DNA of 64,000 nt. Source: Fonticula alba ATCC 38817 (lineage: Eukaryota > Protista > Nucleariida). Below, piece by piece: positions 51,549 through 62,427 of this stretch; within the stretch, counting starts at the first letter, position 1, and every line of letters starts with the position of its first letter. Made by a program: the position numbers and the translations under genes. The notes beneath the pieces were generated by a model, which searched no databases, was not told the DNA's origin, and was given only the letters and a program-made list of their open reading frames with translations. The DNA lies in NCBI GenBank assembly GCA_000388065.2, contig KB932204.1, one strand, 5' to 3'.

Positions 51549-52270
51549 ACCGCCTCTGCGTGTCCCACTTCGGGCGGCCTCCCCCTCCCCCCTCCCATAT
51601 TCACTTCCATGTCGAGATCGCACGAGAAAAACGCCCTCCCCCCCCCCCCACCCTTTCCACCTTTGCCTCTCCCTCCTCTCCCTTGCCAGCGTGCGCATAT
51701 GTATGTCCTTGTGTCCCCACCTCCGCCAGTTGAGACGCCCGCATGGTCCGGTGGAAAGTGATGAAAGGAGAGGCTCTCCCCCCCCNNNNNNNNNNNNNNN
51801 NNNNNNNNNNNNNNNNNNNNNNNNNNNNNNNNNNNNNNNNNNNNNNNNNNNNNNNNNNNNNNNNNNNNNNNNNNNNNNNNNNNNNNNNNNNNNNNNNNNN
51901 NNNNNNNNNNNNNNNNNNNNNNNNNNNNNNNNNNNNNNNNNNNNNNNNNNNNNNNNNNNNNNNNNNNNNNNNNNNNNNNNNNNNNNNNNNNNNNNNNNNN
52001 NNNNNNNNNNNNNNNNNNNNNNNNNNNNNNNNNNNNNNNNNNNNNNNNNNNNNNNNNNNNNNNNNNNNNNNNNNNNNNNNNNNNNNNNNNNNNNNNNNNN
52101 NNNNNNNNNNNNNNNNNNNNNNNNNNNNNNNNNNNNNNNNNNNNNNNNNNNNNNNNNNNNNNNNNNNNNNNNNNNNNNNNNNNNNNNNNNNNNNNNNNNN
52201 NNNNNNNNNNNNNNNNNNNNNNNNNNNNNNNNNNNNNNNNNNNNNNNNNNNNNNNNNNNNNNNNNNNNNN

Positions 52271-53610
52271 CCGTCGCCCCTCCCTGCGTCCGCTCTTCGC
52301 GTGTCTACATCCGTCCCCCCCCTCCCCCCCCCCCCGGCTGTCCCCTGTGCTGGCCGCCTGTCCCTCGCTCGTCGTCTCTCCCGGACGCTGCTGCCTCTGC
52401 TCCGCCCGATGACCGGCCTCCGACCGATTGGAGTCAACATCTACAACACGCTCACGCGAAGGGTGCAACCGCTGGCGGCCTCGCTCGACGGGGGCCACCG
52501 CTTTGGCTGGTACTCCTGCGGGCCGACGGTCTACGACGACGCGCATCTGGGACACGCCCGGTGCGCCAGCCTGCAATGCCAGGAGCAACCTCCCTGCCGG
52601 GCCCTCTTCTCTGACCCCCGCTCCCTCTGCTGGCTCGACATTGTTGGAACAGGTCGTACATTTCGCAGGATGTCCTGCGCCGGGTGCTGACGACATACGC
52701 GCCCCCGGGGACCACCGTGGACCTGGTGCAAAATGTCACCGATGTCGATGACAAGATCATCCGCCGGGCCCGGGAAACCGGCGCGGTGGCGGCCGACCTG
52801 GCCGCCCATTTTGAGGCACGCTTCTTCGGAGATATGGCCCTTCTCGGGGTGACGCCCCCGAGCCGGACCCTGCGCGTGACCGACCACATGGAGGCCATCG
52901 TGGCGTATGCCCGGCGCATTGAGGCCAATGGGTTTGCCTATCGCGGCGGCCGGACCGGGAGCCTGTACTTTGACAGCACCGCGTACAATGCCGGGCGCCC
53001 GGCCGGCGAGGCGCCCCTGCAGCTGGCCTCCGAGGAGGAGCCGGATGACGTCCAAACGGCCGCCCTGCGGGAGAAGCGCTCGTCCTTGGACTTTTGCCTG
53101 TGGAAGACGGCCCCGGGCATGGCGAGTGCCGGCGATCCGACGGCTTCCGCAGCTCGGCCCCTGCCCGGAACTGAGCAAGATCCCCTGTGGGCATCGCCCT
53201 GGGGCCCGGGCCGGCCCGGGTGGCACATCGAGTGCTCCGCCTTGACGGCCATCGGGTTTTCCGCCGGCTCCGACGGCCAGGGTCTCCGGTTGGATCTACA
53301 CACCGGCGGCCGGGACCTGGAATTCCCGCATCATGCCAATGAGCGCCTGCAATGCTCGGTGCACGGCTTTCACGAGTGCTCTTCGGTCCCGGCGCCGTTG
53401 GACGAATGGTGCCGTCACTTCACGCACTACGGCCCCCTGGCGGTGTCCGGGCAGAAGATGAGCAAGTCCTTGAAGAACTTCATCACCATCCAGGTGCGCG
53501 CCCTGCCATCCAGCAGCAGCCGTATCTCGGAGGAGTACATGTATTGCTTGACGCTGGTGAAGCATCTGACATGATGAGCATTTATTCTCCCCCGGCCTCC
53601 CCTACCATCC

Positions 53611-53660
<50 letters not shown>

Positions 53661-54742
53661 CCGCCCGCCCGCCCGCCCGTGCCTCGCTGTCTGCAGGAGT
53701 TCCTGGGCACCGAGGACCCAGCTCGCCGGGCGCGCATCTTTCGCCTCATGTGCCTGATGGTGCACTACCGGTCGGACTTCGAAGTCGACCCACAGAGCCT
53801 GGCTCCGGAGGCCGCCTCGGGCGACCGGCAGTCCTCGCCCGGGCCCTTTGACATCGCCGCCGCAACGGACCGTCGTATTCAAGTGCGTCATATCCCAACC
53901 CATGCATGGGGGGATCTTCCTGCTTGCCGCCTTGGCCGTCTGGCCATTGCCTGGCCCCTTGCTCGGACGGTGTCTCACCAGTGCATGTCCAGTCTTTCAT
54001 TCACCAGACGGATGCCCTGCTTGAGCGGTATGGACAAGCCCTTCGGCAGGAGGTGGCCCGGGTCATGCGGCCATCGGCCGGGGCTCTGTATGCTTCGAGC
54101 CTCACGGCGATCGGGGCCGCCCCGGTGGCCGGGGCCGCTCGACAGCTGTATGCCACGGCCTGCCACACCCGGGCGGCCATCGCCGACTGCCTGACCAACC
54201 AGGACCTGGACACGGTCCGCGCGGTGCGCCTGGTGGGGGTCCTCATCGGCGAGGCCAACGCCCTGCTGTCCGACTGCATGGCCACCCTCGGGGCCGGCAC
54301 CGATCCGGTGATGGTGGCCGGGCTGAGTGCCGGGCTGCTGCCGCGCGATGCGCTGGATGCCTTGCGCCAGGCGCGTGCTGTGGTCGGCGAGTTCTGCCAC
54401 GCCACCGGGCTGGACTATGATCCGCGCGCGGCTGGCCCCGGGGCGTCCATGGCCCTGGCCGGGGAGGGGCATGCGCTGGCCTCGGCCGGGCCGATCCTCG
54501 ACAGTGCGGTGCAGCTGCGCGCCGCCACCCGACAGGGGGGCCTGCGGCTCATGAAGTTGACTCGGCCTGCCTGCGAGTCGGCCGCCGAGGGGGAGGCCTT
54601 GCGAGCGGCGGTGCGATCGACCGCCGGCGAGTTGCTGGCGGCCACCGACCGCACGCGTGATGATCTGCGTGACCGAGCCGGGGTAGCCGTCCGCGATTTC
54701 CCCAATGGGGCGTCCTCCTGGCAGCGCGCCGCCGAAGAGTGA
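52271..54742 (+). CDS. CARS2: Cysteinyl-tRNA synthetase (possibly mitochondrial; the 5' end is probably in gap 51786-52270), multi-exon
   Basis: IYNTLTR…[18 protein letters not shown] (HIGH motif), [54 protein letters not shown] and an anticodon-domain-like ending [14 protein letters not shown]…W. The compartment is inferred only. Confidence 0.9.
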
Positions 54743-54815
54743 GGGCCCACTCCACCGCGCCGCCGAAGAGTGAGAGCCGACTTCACCGCGCCGCCGAAGA
54801 GTGAGAGCCCACTCC
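54725..54815. repeat. 31-bp tandem repeat x3 containing the CysRS stop codon
   Basis: Units start at 54725, 54756 and 54787. The core cgcgccgccgaagagtgag is identical in all three, with a few substitutions in the rest of the unit. Confidence 0.9.
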
Positions 54816-55235
54816 GCCCCGCTGCCCCGCATGTGTGTGTGTGTGACTCCGCCCACCCCCACCCCTCCCTCTCTCCGGAGCCCGATAGACTGCTATGTGC
54901 AAAAAAGACGGAAAGAAAAGAAAAGCCGCCCCCACCTCGGGGACGGGCTGCTGTTCTGTCCGGATGCAAACACACACACACACACACACACACCCAGACC
55001 AGTGTCGAATGGGAAGGAAGGGAGTGCCACTGTGGCACGTCTATTTCTGAAGTACAAGAAGGGCGCAGCAGGAGTGGGAGCTCCATGCCGCAGGGGGGGG
55101 GGGGGGGGGGGAAGAGGAGAGATCGAAAAAAGCCCAGGGTCCGCGCATTGGGAATGAGAATGACGCCCGCCGGGGGGGGGCGAGTGCTGTCCTTCCCTCC
55201 CTGTGTGGTCTCTCTCCGGCCACTTCCCCGGCCCT

Positions 55236-58200
55236 CTAAGGCCGGAGGATGTCCTGGTACAGCTCCTGGGGATCGTCCACACCGGACACATAGGACAGGT
55301 ACCGGGCAACCACCTGGTCAGTGGGGGTCATCTGGCTGGGGGTCAGGCCGGCGGTTTGCTCCAGCAGCCCGGCCAGCAGGCAGCCCGCGATGCCCGGCGG
55401 GAGATAGGGGAACGCCGGGGAGGGATTGTTGCTGGTGCGTGTGGCCCCCATTGATGGCCAGTGGACGGTGCCGGCCGGATGCCCGGAGGGAGGTGGACCG
55501 GCAACCGCCGGCCCAAGGGCCGGAAGGGTGAGGTCCGCTCCGGGGGTGGCGGTTTGAGAAATGAAGTATGTGGCGATGAGGGAGGAGGAGGAGGCCAAAA
55601 GCCGGACATCCATGTGGACAAGCAAGGACATGTCAATCGCCGGGGGCATGGTCGGCGAGAAGACCATCGGCCGGTGGTCCAGCAGACACCGGACCGCGCT
55701 GGTGGCCACCCCGGCGGGAAGACCGGCCAGGCCACCCTGGTCCAGCAGGCACACCGGGAAGGCTGCCAGGGCCGGATGGTCGATGGCCAGCGGGGCGCGC
55801 AGGGAGAAGCGCTCCAGGATGCGCGCCACAGCCGGGGCCGGGGCAGGGCTGCCAGCGGGCACCGCCGGCAAGCCATCAAACACATAGGCCGCAGCGATGG
55901 AGGCACACACGGAATCCAGCGAGGCCACTGACCGACCGACAAAGGCATGCCCGGGGAAGGCCACAGCCGGCAGGGACGGCCGAAGGAAGGCCTGCTCCTG
56001 CAGGGCCGAGCGCTGCCACGGCCCAGTCAGCAGGAGGAAGGCCAGCAGCAGGCCAATGACGATGATCGTGAAGATCACCCGCAACACGGCGGCTGTCGAG
56101 TGGCGCCGGCCACTGAGAGCGCTCCGCGAAAAGAGGTTGTCCCCCACCACCCGGGAGAAGGAGACACAGCACCAGCCGAGCTTGCGCCAGAAGTCCCCGG
56201 ATCCGGACCGAGCGCCGGCACGTGTGCCGCCATAGCCCCGACCGCTGCGCGAGCCGGACCCACTGAAGCTGGAGGAGTTGCGGGACTTGCGCCAGGAGCG
56301 CGCTTGCGCCGGGGAGGGAGGCGCCAGAGAGTACATGGACGCCCGGTGGCCCTGCTCCTGGAGGAAGGGCTCAACCGATGCCTGACCCAGGTGGCTGGAT
56401 GAGAAGACCGACATTTCGAAAGTATTGAAGGGATCCTCGAAGCTGGGGGCCGTGTCGGCTGCCGGGGCGGTGTTGTACGGCAGCAGGACCGTCCCGCCGG
56501 CGAGGCTGATCGGCGCCAGCCGAGTCATGTCGATCACAGCCGGCGGGGGGGCCGGCTGGGCTCCGGATCCGGCGGCCGGCACACTGGCCGGGGCAGTGGT
56601 CCCAGCTCCCGAGGAGGCGACCGGGACAGTCACCAGACCCGGGGACAGGGGAGGCACAAGGGGGTCGGAAGAATCCAGATGGTCATCGATGCCACCGGCG
56701 GCCGGGGGCGGCGGGGGTGGCCCGCTGGCGGCCGGCAGACCCAGCGACGATGCGGCCGACGGCGAGGCCGACAGCAAGGACCCGGAGGCCGGCGGTGGGG
56801 GCGGCGCCAGACCGATCCCCGGGCCCAGGGGAGCTATGAAATCGAAGCCCAAATGGCCCAGGGTACCGGGGGCCGGGGAAGCCGGGCCGCCCTGGAGCAG
56901 GAGCTCGCCCCCGGTCGGGAGGGTGCCACTGCCGGCGGCCCCCGCCGTGCCAAGAGCCTCAAAGTGCCGCCCATCGGCACCCGGGGTGGCCGCAGGCGCG
57001 TGGTGATGGTGGTGCGAGGAAATGGCCGCCGCCGGGACCAAGACCGAGCCGCTGGGAACCGACAACAGGGTCGACCCATCCGGAGTCACGCCAAGGTGCG
57101 AAATGGCCGTGCCGAAGGGCGAGAGGATGGCCCCGGCCCCGGGTGGAAGAGGCCCCAGAGGATCAGACGCCAGGGGGCCGCCGCCGGTGCCGGCACCGCC
57201 ATCGGCCGTGGGCACGGCAACCAGCAGGGCATTGACCCCGGCTTGGGGGGCCCCGCCGGCGGCTGCCAGAGCCGCGGCGGCCGCCATGCCGGCCGGCGTC
57301 ACGGGCCCGGCCTCGGCCGCCGGTGGCCGGAAGTATGTATCGATGAATGCATTCAAGACGGCGGACGTGTGGAAGTTGACCGAATTCAGCGGATCAAACT
57401 CCTTGTGGCAGATGGGACAACTGGGCGGGGGAAATGGACGACACGCACGCATGTAAGCGCATGGAGAGGGGCCGGAGGCCGCGAGGGGATCAGTCGCCCC
57501 GGGGGAAACGCACCTTGCCGTGCCGGAGGTGTGGTCAACCGGAAGGCCGGTAACACAGCGCCCGCAAAAGCGATGTGTACAGCTGAGCACCAGCGGCGAC
57601 TGGAGGATCTCGCGACACAGGACGCAAGTAAAGTCGGCCACCTGGGTGACGGTCTCATTCTTGAGCCAGAAGATCTCGGTGCAGTAGCACTAAGAGGGGA
57701 GGGGGTCAGAAAAGGGCCCCAGGTGGGCGCAAGCCAGCATGCGTGCCTAAGAATACGCAGGCAGGAAGGAACCCCCAAGGCGGGGAGAGCGTCTGGCTGG
57801 AAAGAGAATGGCAGGGCGGGGAGGCAAGGCCAGAGGAGGATGTGTACCTGAACTTCGGTGTAGAGTGCCGCCAATGCAATGGAATTATAGAACGGCTGCT
57901 GGATCAGGAGCGGGGTGTACTTGAGCAGGAAGCTGGCGCCTGGAAGTATGGCGACGGAGAGAGGGGGTTAGGAGCGGCAGCGGCAGCAGCAGCGGCAGCA
58001 GCACGAGGAAGGCAGGGCGAAAGGACAATGAGAGGCCACGACGGAAAGGGCACCAACACAAGAGGGGAGGAGAGGCAGGGGGAAGTATGGGAACACACCG
58101 GGATTGGTCCGCGCATCGTACTTGCGGCAGATCTTCAAAAACCCAATGTAATTGAGCACGGTGTAGTTGCGCAGATCATCGACCTTGCGACAGAACTCGA

Positions 58201-59070
58201 AAAAAGGACGGAAGTCATCGAAGTTGAGCCCATCCGCCGCAAGACCTTGGAGGCTGCCACCACCACCCTCGATGCTGGACACGGCAACTTCCGACAGCGA
58301 GGCAGGGCCAGCACCGGGTGATGCGGGAGTCGGGACGGTATCCGGCGATGAGGAGGCGGTGATGGAGGCCTGTCGCCGGAGTTGGCTGGAGAGGTGCTGA
58401 ACGTTCTGGGCGCGAGAGAGCTGCTCCGGGAGGGGGGGAGGGGGTGATTAGATGCAGGAAGGATGATCAAGAGGCCCAATGGGCGGAGAGAGAGAGAGAG
58501 AGAGAGGGAGAGGGGGGGGGGGGGGGGATGAAGGCGCACAATTCGTTTGATGGATTCCTTGTAGTGCTGAGTGTAGGTGTCCCAATATTCGTTGACTTTC
58601 ACCATGTAGAAGGTGTTGATCTTTTCCAGCTCTTTGGTGAGCTCGCTACCAGGGGAGAGAGTAAGAAACCGTGCGAAAGGGCGGGCCAGACATGGCGCGC
58701 GCTGCTGTTGGCACATGCTGGTCACAGCGAAGGGCAGACATACCGCTCGAAGCGCTGGCGCTCATCATCCACAGCACCAACATGTGCCTGGGCAGGTGGA
58801 ACCTCGGCACTCTGGGATGTGGCCTCCAGGGAGAGGGCAACTCGGCTGATGAGGCCTGTGGGAGAGGGAGAGAGAGGGGGGGGAGGGAGAGAGAGAGACA
58901 AATCAGACAGGGAGCTAGGGAGGACGGGCCAAAAAAAAACAGGGGAGCAGGGCGGGAAGCCGTGGACGGATGGGCAATGGGGCCGGACCTTTCAGCTGGT
59001 TGTACTCGAGATAATAGGGCGCCCATTCGGCGACCGCCTGCTCAAGCAGACTCGAATAATTGATTGACAT
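55236..59070 (-). CDS. SPX-RING (C3HC4) E3 ubiquitin ligase-like protein with an added TM helix and C-terminal domain, multi-exon
   Basis: Exon 1 reads MSINYSSLLEQAVAEWAPYYLEYNQLK. Other SPX motifs are ELEKINTFY, LRNYTVLNYIGFLKICRKYD and PFYNS. The RING reads CVLCREILQSPLVLSCTHRFCGRC…|CPIC across a 93-nt in-frame intron (57421-57513). The frame then runs without a stop through the TM segment VIFTIIVIGLLLAFLLL to the stop at 55236. Confidence 0.85.
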
Positions 59071-59134
59071 GCGGGAACAAGGAGAAAGAAAAGACGGAGG
59101 ACACCAGAGCGGAAGGGTGAGGGGGCGACGGCGA

Positions 59135-59171
<37 letters not shown>

Positions 59172-60488
59172 AACGATGATGATGATGGTGATGTGGGCCG
59201 CGACAGACAGAAGGGGGGCAAGAGGAGGAGGGGAGGGAACTCTACTCGCGGTCCGGCGGTCCGGCCATGGAAGCAAGGAAGTGTGGCACAGGGGCCGCCG
59301 CAAAAGGGGGGGGGGGGGGCGAAGAGACGGGGCGGGGAGGGGGGGAGTAGAGGGGGCAGGAGAAAGGGGCAGGAGGGAGGCAAGAGACGGTCGCGCAGGA
59401 GCAAGAACCCAAGGGCCGCCTTCCCCCCTGGGAGAGGGTTCGGCGGCAGAATAATCCCCTTTCCTTCTTGCCCGCCCCCCCCCCTCCACATACTCACCTA
59501 CACACACAACACACACACCAGGACACACATCTGTCTTCGCAGGCGCCCACAAATTCGAAGGAAAACGGGGACCGCGGATGTGTTGCACTCGCGTCTGTGC
59601 CCGGCGGTGTTGAGGAAGCTCCACAGGCGTCCCCACCACCCGAGAGAGCAACGGGCGGGCCGCCAACAAGGGGGAGGGGGGGGGGAGTGGGCAAGTGGGG
59701 CGGAGGAGACCAGGGCACACTGGCAGAGGACACCGATCCGTCGTCGGATCAGCTCCCAATGCATCGGGCGTGGGATACATTTCGATGGATGCCACCACCG
59801 GACGGGGAGGCGGGCCCGCGATCGTTGGCATGTGGCGTCTGCTGCGCACGAATCACTGGAAGGACACCCGCACCCGGGGGGAAAGGCAAAGGGGGGAGGG
59901 ACGGGCAGAGGAGGGGGGGACGGGCAGAGGGGGGGGGGAGAAAAAATTTAAATGAGCTGAGATGTGGGCGAAATATGTGTATTTCGAGAGGGGGAGACAG
60001 AGAGGACAAAAGGGAGGACGCAAGGACGAAAGAGGTTGGCACATGGGGGAGGAGTCTCGGGGTGGTACAGCAATCATCCTCCGAGGTGCTCTACCACGAG
60101 ACAAGGAGATGCAAGCGGGAAGCTTGCCGGAGAGGGGAGGGAAGAGGACAAAGGGGATAGGGAGAGAGGAGGAGGGAGGGAGGGGGAGGAAGAGGGAGGG
60201 ATGAATGGCCCCGCAGGGACACACAGCTGAGAGCGCACATCCGGAGGGAAGAGGAGGAGAAGGGGATGTGCAGTGGAGGGGGAGGGGGAGGGAGGCGCGG
60301 GAAACACAAGGCAATGGCCGGCCGGCGGCAGAACTCACCGCGCGGCGCAAGGAAGACACTGGCGCGCGTGTGATGGGGTGGTGGTGGCACAACGACGAAG
60401 AGAGGAGGAAGGGGAATTGTGAGGAGCGAGGACCGGGGACACCGGCGGAGGGTGGACTTGCCTCGAACAACAGGACCAGGGCCCGTGC

Positions 60489-62427
60489 TCAGGTAGACGC
60501 AGCAGCCGGGAGCTGGGGAACTTCCGCGACCGGCGCGTCAGGGGCAGGACCGGGGGCAGAGCCAGGCGTGTCGGCCTCCTCCCCGTCGGAGCTGTGAAGA
60601 AGCAGGTCATCGTCCTCCAGCGGGGACAGGTCGCTGTAGCTCTCAAGCAGAGACTCAAGGCTGTCGTCCACGAGGGCGGCCTCCTCGTCAAGAAGCTTGT
60701 CAATGACAATCTCCACACTGCGACGGGCATGTCCGCTGCTGGCGCGCAGGCGAATCCTCGTGAGCGGATCGCCAGCATCATCAACGTCACTGGGGGGCTC
60801 GTCATCGGCATCCGACCCGGCGGCGCCATCCTCCGAGTCGTAGGTGTAGTAGTCGTACGTGTAGTCGTACGCGAGATCGGCGGAGGGCTGAGCAGGCGCC
60901 TCAGACTGGGTGGCCTCTTCAGGCTGAGTGCTTTGTGACTGAGTGGTCTCGGGCTGGGTCGATTCAGACCCAATGACTTCAGATCCGGCAGCCTCGAGGC
61001 CGGTCGGCTCCGGCTCAGCGGGCTCCGGCTCAGCGGGCTCTGGCTCAGTGGGCTCTGGCTCAGCGGTCTCCGGCTCAGTGGGCTCCGGCTCAGTGGGCTC
61101 CGGCTCCATAGGCTGCGACTCAGTGACCTCAAGCTCGGTGGCTTCGGGCTCCACATTCTCAGACTCACTGGTGTCGAGATCGGCAGCATCAAGCTCGACA
61201 GTCTCATGCTCGACAGTCTCATGCTCGACAGTCTCATGCTCGACAGTCTCATGCTCGGCGGCGTCAATATCGGCCACCTCGGGCTCGGACTCGGCCACCT
61301 CGGGCTCGGCCACCTCGGGCTCGGCCACCTCGGGCTCGGCCACCTCGGGCTCGGCCACCTCGGGCTCGATGCTGACAGGCTGGTCGTTCGGAGCCGGAGG
61401 CGCGGCAGCGACGTCCGCCAAATTGATGGCGGAAGTGGCCGATTCGGCAGAGTCCTCCTCCTCGATCGGATCAAGCGACTCAACCGAGTTCAAGGCGAAG
61501 GAGTCGTCGAACTGCTCGTCGGTCATGCTGCTGAAGGAGCTCGAACGCGACGCCCGCGGCAATCCCCCGGAAGAGAGGAGCGGCGTCCCGGGACCGGCCT
61601 CACCTGTGGCATTGGCCTCCTGCTCGGCGGAAATGGCCATGGCCAAGGACCGGACGCAGACCAGTGGCCGGACCTCCGGGACCTGCTTCTTGGTGGGGAC
61701 GGCATTGATACGCTGAAAGGGAGGAGGAAGGGGGGAGGGGGGAAAGGGGGAGGCGACCGGCAGGCCGGGGACAGAAAGCGGAAAACGGGGGGGGGGGGGT
61801 TAGGCCGCCAAGTGGGAATCAAGCACACCATGGGAGGAGGGGATGCCATGGCAACAGGCCGACACATACCATGGAGATGGTCCGAGCAAGGGCCGCAACC
61901 GCCGGGGCCGCAACCACCGCGGGGGACACGATGTCCGCCGGAGCCGGGGAGTCGCCACCATCCGGGACCGCCACCGGGACCAACGGCACGAAGGACCGGG
62001 GAGTTTGAGAGTAAATGGACCCAGTGGACTGGATGTGCCGCGTGCCGAGAAGGCGGCTCCGGGGCGAGGCGGGACCCTGCGGCGAGGCGGGGATTTCCTC
62101 GCCGGCAGGTCGGCCAAAGTGCGGCGGAGGGTTCGAGCGCGTCGGAGCGGCGCTCACGCTGCTGAAACGCTGGTAGCTGTCGCCGCGCTTGATGGAGGCC
62201 CCGCCGGGGCTTGGGGCCGAGGTCGACCGGAGACCCAGCGGATCGGAGGTCGGGGAGGTCTCGGCATCGGCCCCGGGCGAGGTGGCGGCCGATGCCCCGG
62301 TCTCGGCGGAGCTGTCCCCGTCCCCGGATGTGCGAGGGGCTATGGACTTGCCGGCGGGCGGCGGAGGAGAAGCGTCGACCGGGTCTTGGTCCGGCTGGCG
62401 GACGGATGCGGCCACCTGGGAGGACAT
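60489..62427 (-). CDS. Acidic, probably disordered protein with pentapeptide repeat arrays; at least two exons, and the 5' end may extend across gap 62526-62920
   Basis: The exon in ORF 61819-62427 ends at an ATG|gtatgt donor. The exon from about 61713 to 60489 encodes a Glu/Asp/Pro-rich sequence with host-like codon bias. No recognisable domain. Confidence 0.65.
61003..61367 (-). repeat. Three consecutive coding minisatellites, all with a 15-bp period: (EPEVA)n, (EHETV)4 and (EPEPT/A)n
   Basis: Plus-strand units are ggccacctcgggctc (~61272-61367), ctcgacagtctcatg (~61194-61255) and degenerate ggctccggctcagyg (~61003-61107). Confidence 0.88.

Noticed and set aside
53571-53577. ATGATGA (C-box-like) in a CysRS intron as a box C/D snoRNA
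   Set aside because: No downstream CTGA D box or terminal stem is visible within the intron.
54725-54815. 31-bp repeats as a mini-CRISPR array
   Set aside because: The units are directly adjacent with no unique spacers, there are no cas genes, the context is eukaryotic, and the repeat overlaps a stop codon.
61003-61367. Regular 15-bp repeats as a CRISPR-like or structural DNA array
   Set aside because: They are contiguous in-frame coding minisatellites without spacers.
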